The notes under the pieces were generated by a model. That model saw only the letters and a list, made by a program, of their open reading frames with translations. It was not told where the DNA came from and searched no databases. DNA of 64,000 bases from Sedimentisphaerales bacterium. Lineage in GTDB: Bacteria; Planctomycetota; Phycisphaerae; Sedimentisphaerales; Anaerobacaceae. The stretch is taken from NCBI GenBank assembly GCA_963708075.1, contig OY970194.1, positions 4,000,001 through 4,064,000 on the forward strand, in the 5' to 3' direction. The position numbers and the translations under genes were made by a program. Of the stretch, positions 61,858 to 64,000 are shown piece by piece. Position 1 is the first letter of the stretch. Each line of letters starts with the position of its first letter.

Positions 61858-62970
61858 ATGGCTCAGATGCAGAACTCTCTTCGGAAGAAGAGAGAATACG
61901 CTTCTTACAAGAGCATCTGGCTTGTCATCGTGGGGCTTCTGTTGGTCGCGGGCTGCACGAGCGTCGGGCCGGGGACCATTGACCGGGACCGCTTTGATTA
62001 CACGACGGCCATGGCAGAGTCCTGGAAAAGCCAGATGCTCCTCAACATCGTGAAGCTGCGCTACAGCGACACCCCGGTCTTTCTCGATGTGCCCTCGGTC
62101 ATCAGCCAGTATGCTATTCAGGGCAGGATCAACCTGGGCGCGGGCTGGAATACCGGCGTCACCGGGGGCGACAGCCAGACGCTGGGAGTCGAGGGCTATT
62201 ACGCCGAACGCCCCACGATCACCTATACGCCTTTGAGCGGGGACAAATTCACCCGGAGCCTCCTGACCCCGATTCCTCCCGCCTCCCTGCTCTTCCTCCT
62301 CCAATCCGGCTGGCCCGTCAAACTGCTTTTCGAGTTGTGCGTCAAATCCATCAACGACATCGACAATAATTCCACGGCCCCGGGATTTGCCCGTCCTCCC
62401 GATCCTCGGTTTCAGGAACTGGTCGAACGGATGGCCCGAATCCAGGGGTCCGGGGCGGTTGGCACACGGCTCGTAAGAAAGGACAAATGGGAGGCGGCCG
62501 TGATGACCTTCCGGCGCAAAGTCAATCCGGACATCGCCCGGGACCTCGCAGCAGCCAGGGAACTGATGGGCATCGATCCGAATGCGACGGAAACCGTGGT
62601 CATCTACGGGTCCGCTCCGACGGCGACCAACGAGATCGCCATCCTGACTCGCTCGATCATGGAAATCATCATCGAGATGGCTTCCCAGATCGACGTGCCG
62701 GAGGAACACGTCGCGGAGGGCCGGACCTATGCGACCTTGCCCCAAGTCGGGTCGGGCGAGGGCCAAGTCCCGCCCTTCAGTCGCGTTCACACCGGCAAGG
62801 AGAAACCAGCGCACGCCTTTGCGGCGATCCGGAATCGTGGCCACTGGTACTGGATTGACGACTGGGACCGTCTTTCGAAAACCCACTTTACATTCCTGAT
62901 GGTGCTCTTCAGTCTGACGGAGACGGGTACGCCGCCGCAGGCGCCCCTGATCACCGTGCCGGTCAATTAG
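61858..62970 (+). CDS. Conserved hypothetical lipoprotein
   Basis: GGAGGAG SD; VAGC lipobox; 'LLNIVKLRY.D.PVFL', 'PTITYTPL.G'. Confidence 0.75.
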   Translation: MAQMQNSLRKKREYASYKSIWLVIVGLLLVAGCTSVGPGTIDRDRFDYTTAMAESWKSQMLLNIVKLRYSDTPVFLDVPSVISQYAIQGRINLGAGWNTGVTGGDSQTLGVEGYYAERPTITYTPLSGDKFTRSLLTPIPPASLLFLLQSGWPVKLLFELCVKSINDIDNNSTAPGFARPPDPRFQELVERMARIQGSGAVGTRLVRKDKWEAAVMTFRRKVNPDIARDLAAARELMGIDPNATETVVIYGSAPTATNEIAILTRSIMEIIIEMASQIDVPEEHVAEGRTYATLPQVGSGEGQVPPFSRVHTGKEKPAHAFAAIRNRGHWYWIDDWDRLSKTHFTFLMVLFSLTETGTPPQAPLITVPVN

Positions 62971-63077
62971 AGGATCGCGGCAAGACTTTGGAAAGCACGA
63001 TGACCTGCAGGACCACGGCCTAGGTCCAGGGAAATCGAAGCCCGGAGAATCAGAGAAGGAAGAAAGGAGAGTGATCC

Positions 63078-63887
63078 ATGCCCAGGGGTTCTCTGCTCGA
63101 CTTGCTTCCGCTCTGGCTGATTTTTGTGGGCACAGCGGCGATGATTCTGCTTTCCATTTATGGTGGGATCTTTCTGGCCCGTTTCTGGAGAAGGCGTTCC
63201 ACTGAGGATCAGACAACGTCGGTCAACGCTGTTGTGGGCGCGACCACCGCTTTGCTCGCGTTCCTTCTGGCATTCACCTTCGGACTGGCGGCATCCCGGT
63301 TCGATGCCAAGCGGGCATTGTTGCTCGATGAAATCAATGCCATTGAAACCGCCTTTCTGCGGACCGGTCTGATTCCGGAACCCCATCGCTCAGAGGTCCG
63401 TGCGCTTTTGAGAGAATATGTCGATGTCCGCGTGGACCTGGCCAGGCATCCGGAGAACCTCGCGCAGGCGATCCAGCAGTCGGAACGACTGCAGGGGCTC
63501 ATGTGGCCGCACGCGGAGGCCCTGGCGGCAGCGGACCTCAAGAACTCGCCCATTGTTTCGCTGTTCGTGGACTCCCTCAACCAGATGTTTGACATGCAGA
63601 CCAAACGCATCACGGTAGGTGTTTTCTACCGGATGCCATCGGTCATGTGGATAGCGCTGTTTGCCCTTATGATCGTCTCCATGCTGGAAGTGGGGTATCT
63701 CCTCGGTATGTCCGACCGCGTGAGCTGGCTGCTGGTTCTTCTGCTTTCCCTGGCTCTCTCAACCGTGATCCTGCTGATTGCCGATCTCGACCGCAGCGGA
63801 GCCAGGGGAGCCAAGCTCATTAAAGTCGAGCTGCAGCCCATGACCGATTTGCAGCAAAGAATCGCGGGGCAGATGAGTGAAGGTTAA
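63078..63887 (+). CDS. DUF4239/bestrophin-like membrane protein
   Basis: AAGGAG SD; 'LLAFTF..A.SRFD.KR...E.NAI.TAFLR'; 4 TM segments; 'IADLDR'. Confidence 0.75.
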   Translation: MPRGSLLDLLPLWLIFVGTAAMILLSIYGGIFLARFWRRRSTEDQTTSVNAVVGATTALLAFLLAFTFGLAASRFDAKRALLLDEINAIETAFLRTGLIPEPHRSEVRALLREYVDVRVDLARHPENLAQAIQQSERLQGLMWPHAEALAAADLKNSPIVSLFVDSLNQMFDMQTKRITVGVFYRMPSVMWIALFALMIVSMLEVGYLLGMSDRVSWLLVLLLSLALSTVILLIADLDRSGARGAKLIKVELQPMTDLQQRIAGQMSEG

Positions 63888-64000
63888 GCGGATGGGTCCG
63901 CCGGTGCCCGGTTCTCAGGGACCATCATTGAGGGTGAGCGATGCGATGGCCTGCGTTGTCATGCTCCTCGTGTTTGGCGATGAAGAGCACTACGGAATGC

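Noticed and set aside
58948..63216. Long antisense ORFs (58948-61167, 61774-63216)
   Set aside because: GC-rich shadows of well-supported plus-strand genes
1..64000. tRNA or rRNA genes
   Set aside because: None recognisable by eye

Overview
GC-rich bacterial window. Tat-exported Gfo/Idh/MocA proteins, a LamG multidomain protein, a HEAT-repeat protein, a sulfatase and heptamer/REP-rich intergenic DNA suggest a Planctomycetota genome (probably Phycisphaerae/Sedimentisphaerales); this placement is inference. Left arm (1-23.4 kb): an OmcB/DUF11-repeat protein, an IS630 inserted into a stop codon, a related MITE-like remnant, an HNH-AP2 gene plus a truncated copy flanking hflKC, a family of GGGGACAGC palindromic elements at gene ends, an AAA/DUF4143 ATPase, a STAS protein, a REP mosaic, and LamG, lactonase, GH9 and beta-propeller genes. 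The main feature is a ~27.5 kb divergent lipid cluster (29037-56481) of type II FAS/PKS type. It encodes 4 intact ketosynthases, 2 Cys-less KS/CLF partners, 2 ACPs, FabG, 2 dehydratases, a thioesterase, a MIO ammonia-lyase with a mixed signature, a PaaK-like CoA ligase, a phytoene-dehydrogenase-like flavoprotein, three tandem B12-dependent radical SAM enzymes, GT2, two acyltransferases, MMPL, LolA-like and PagL-like proteins. This resembles aryl-polyene clusters and the candidate ladderane clusters of anammox bacteria; the product is unknown. Ceramidase and metallophosphoesterase genes adjoin it. Right arm: a 5'-truncated arylsulfatase, a GH63-like glucosidase, a lipoprotein and a membrane protein. 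Many single-base frameshifts look like sequencing errors; three are corrected by the same GAGAACC->GAGACC change.
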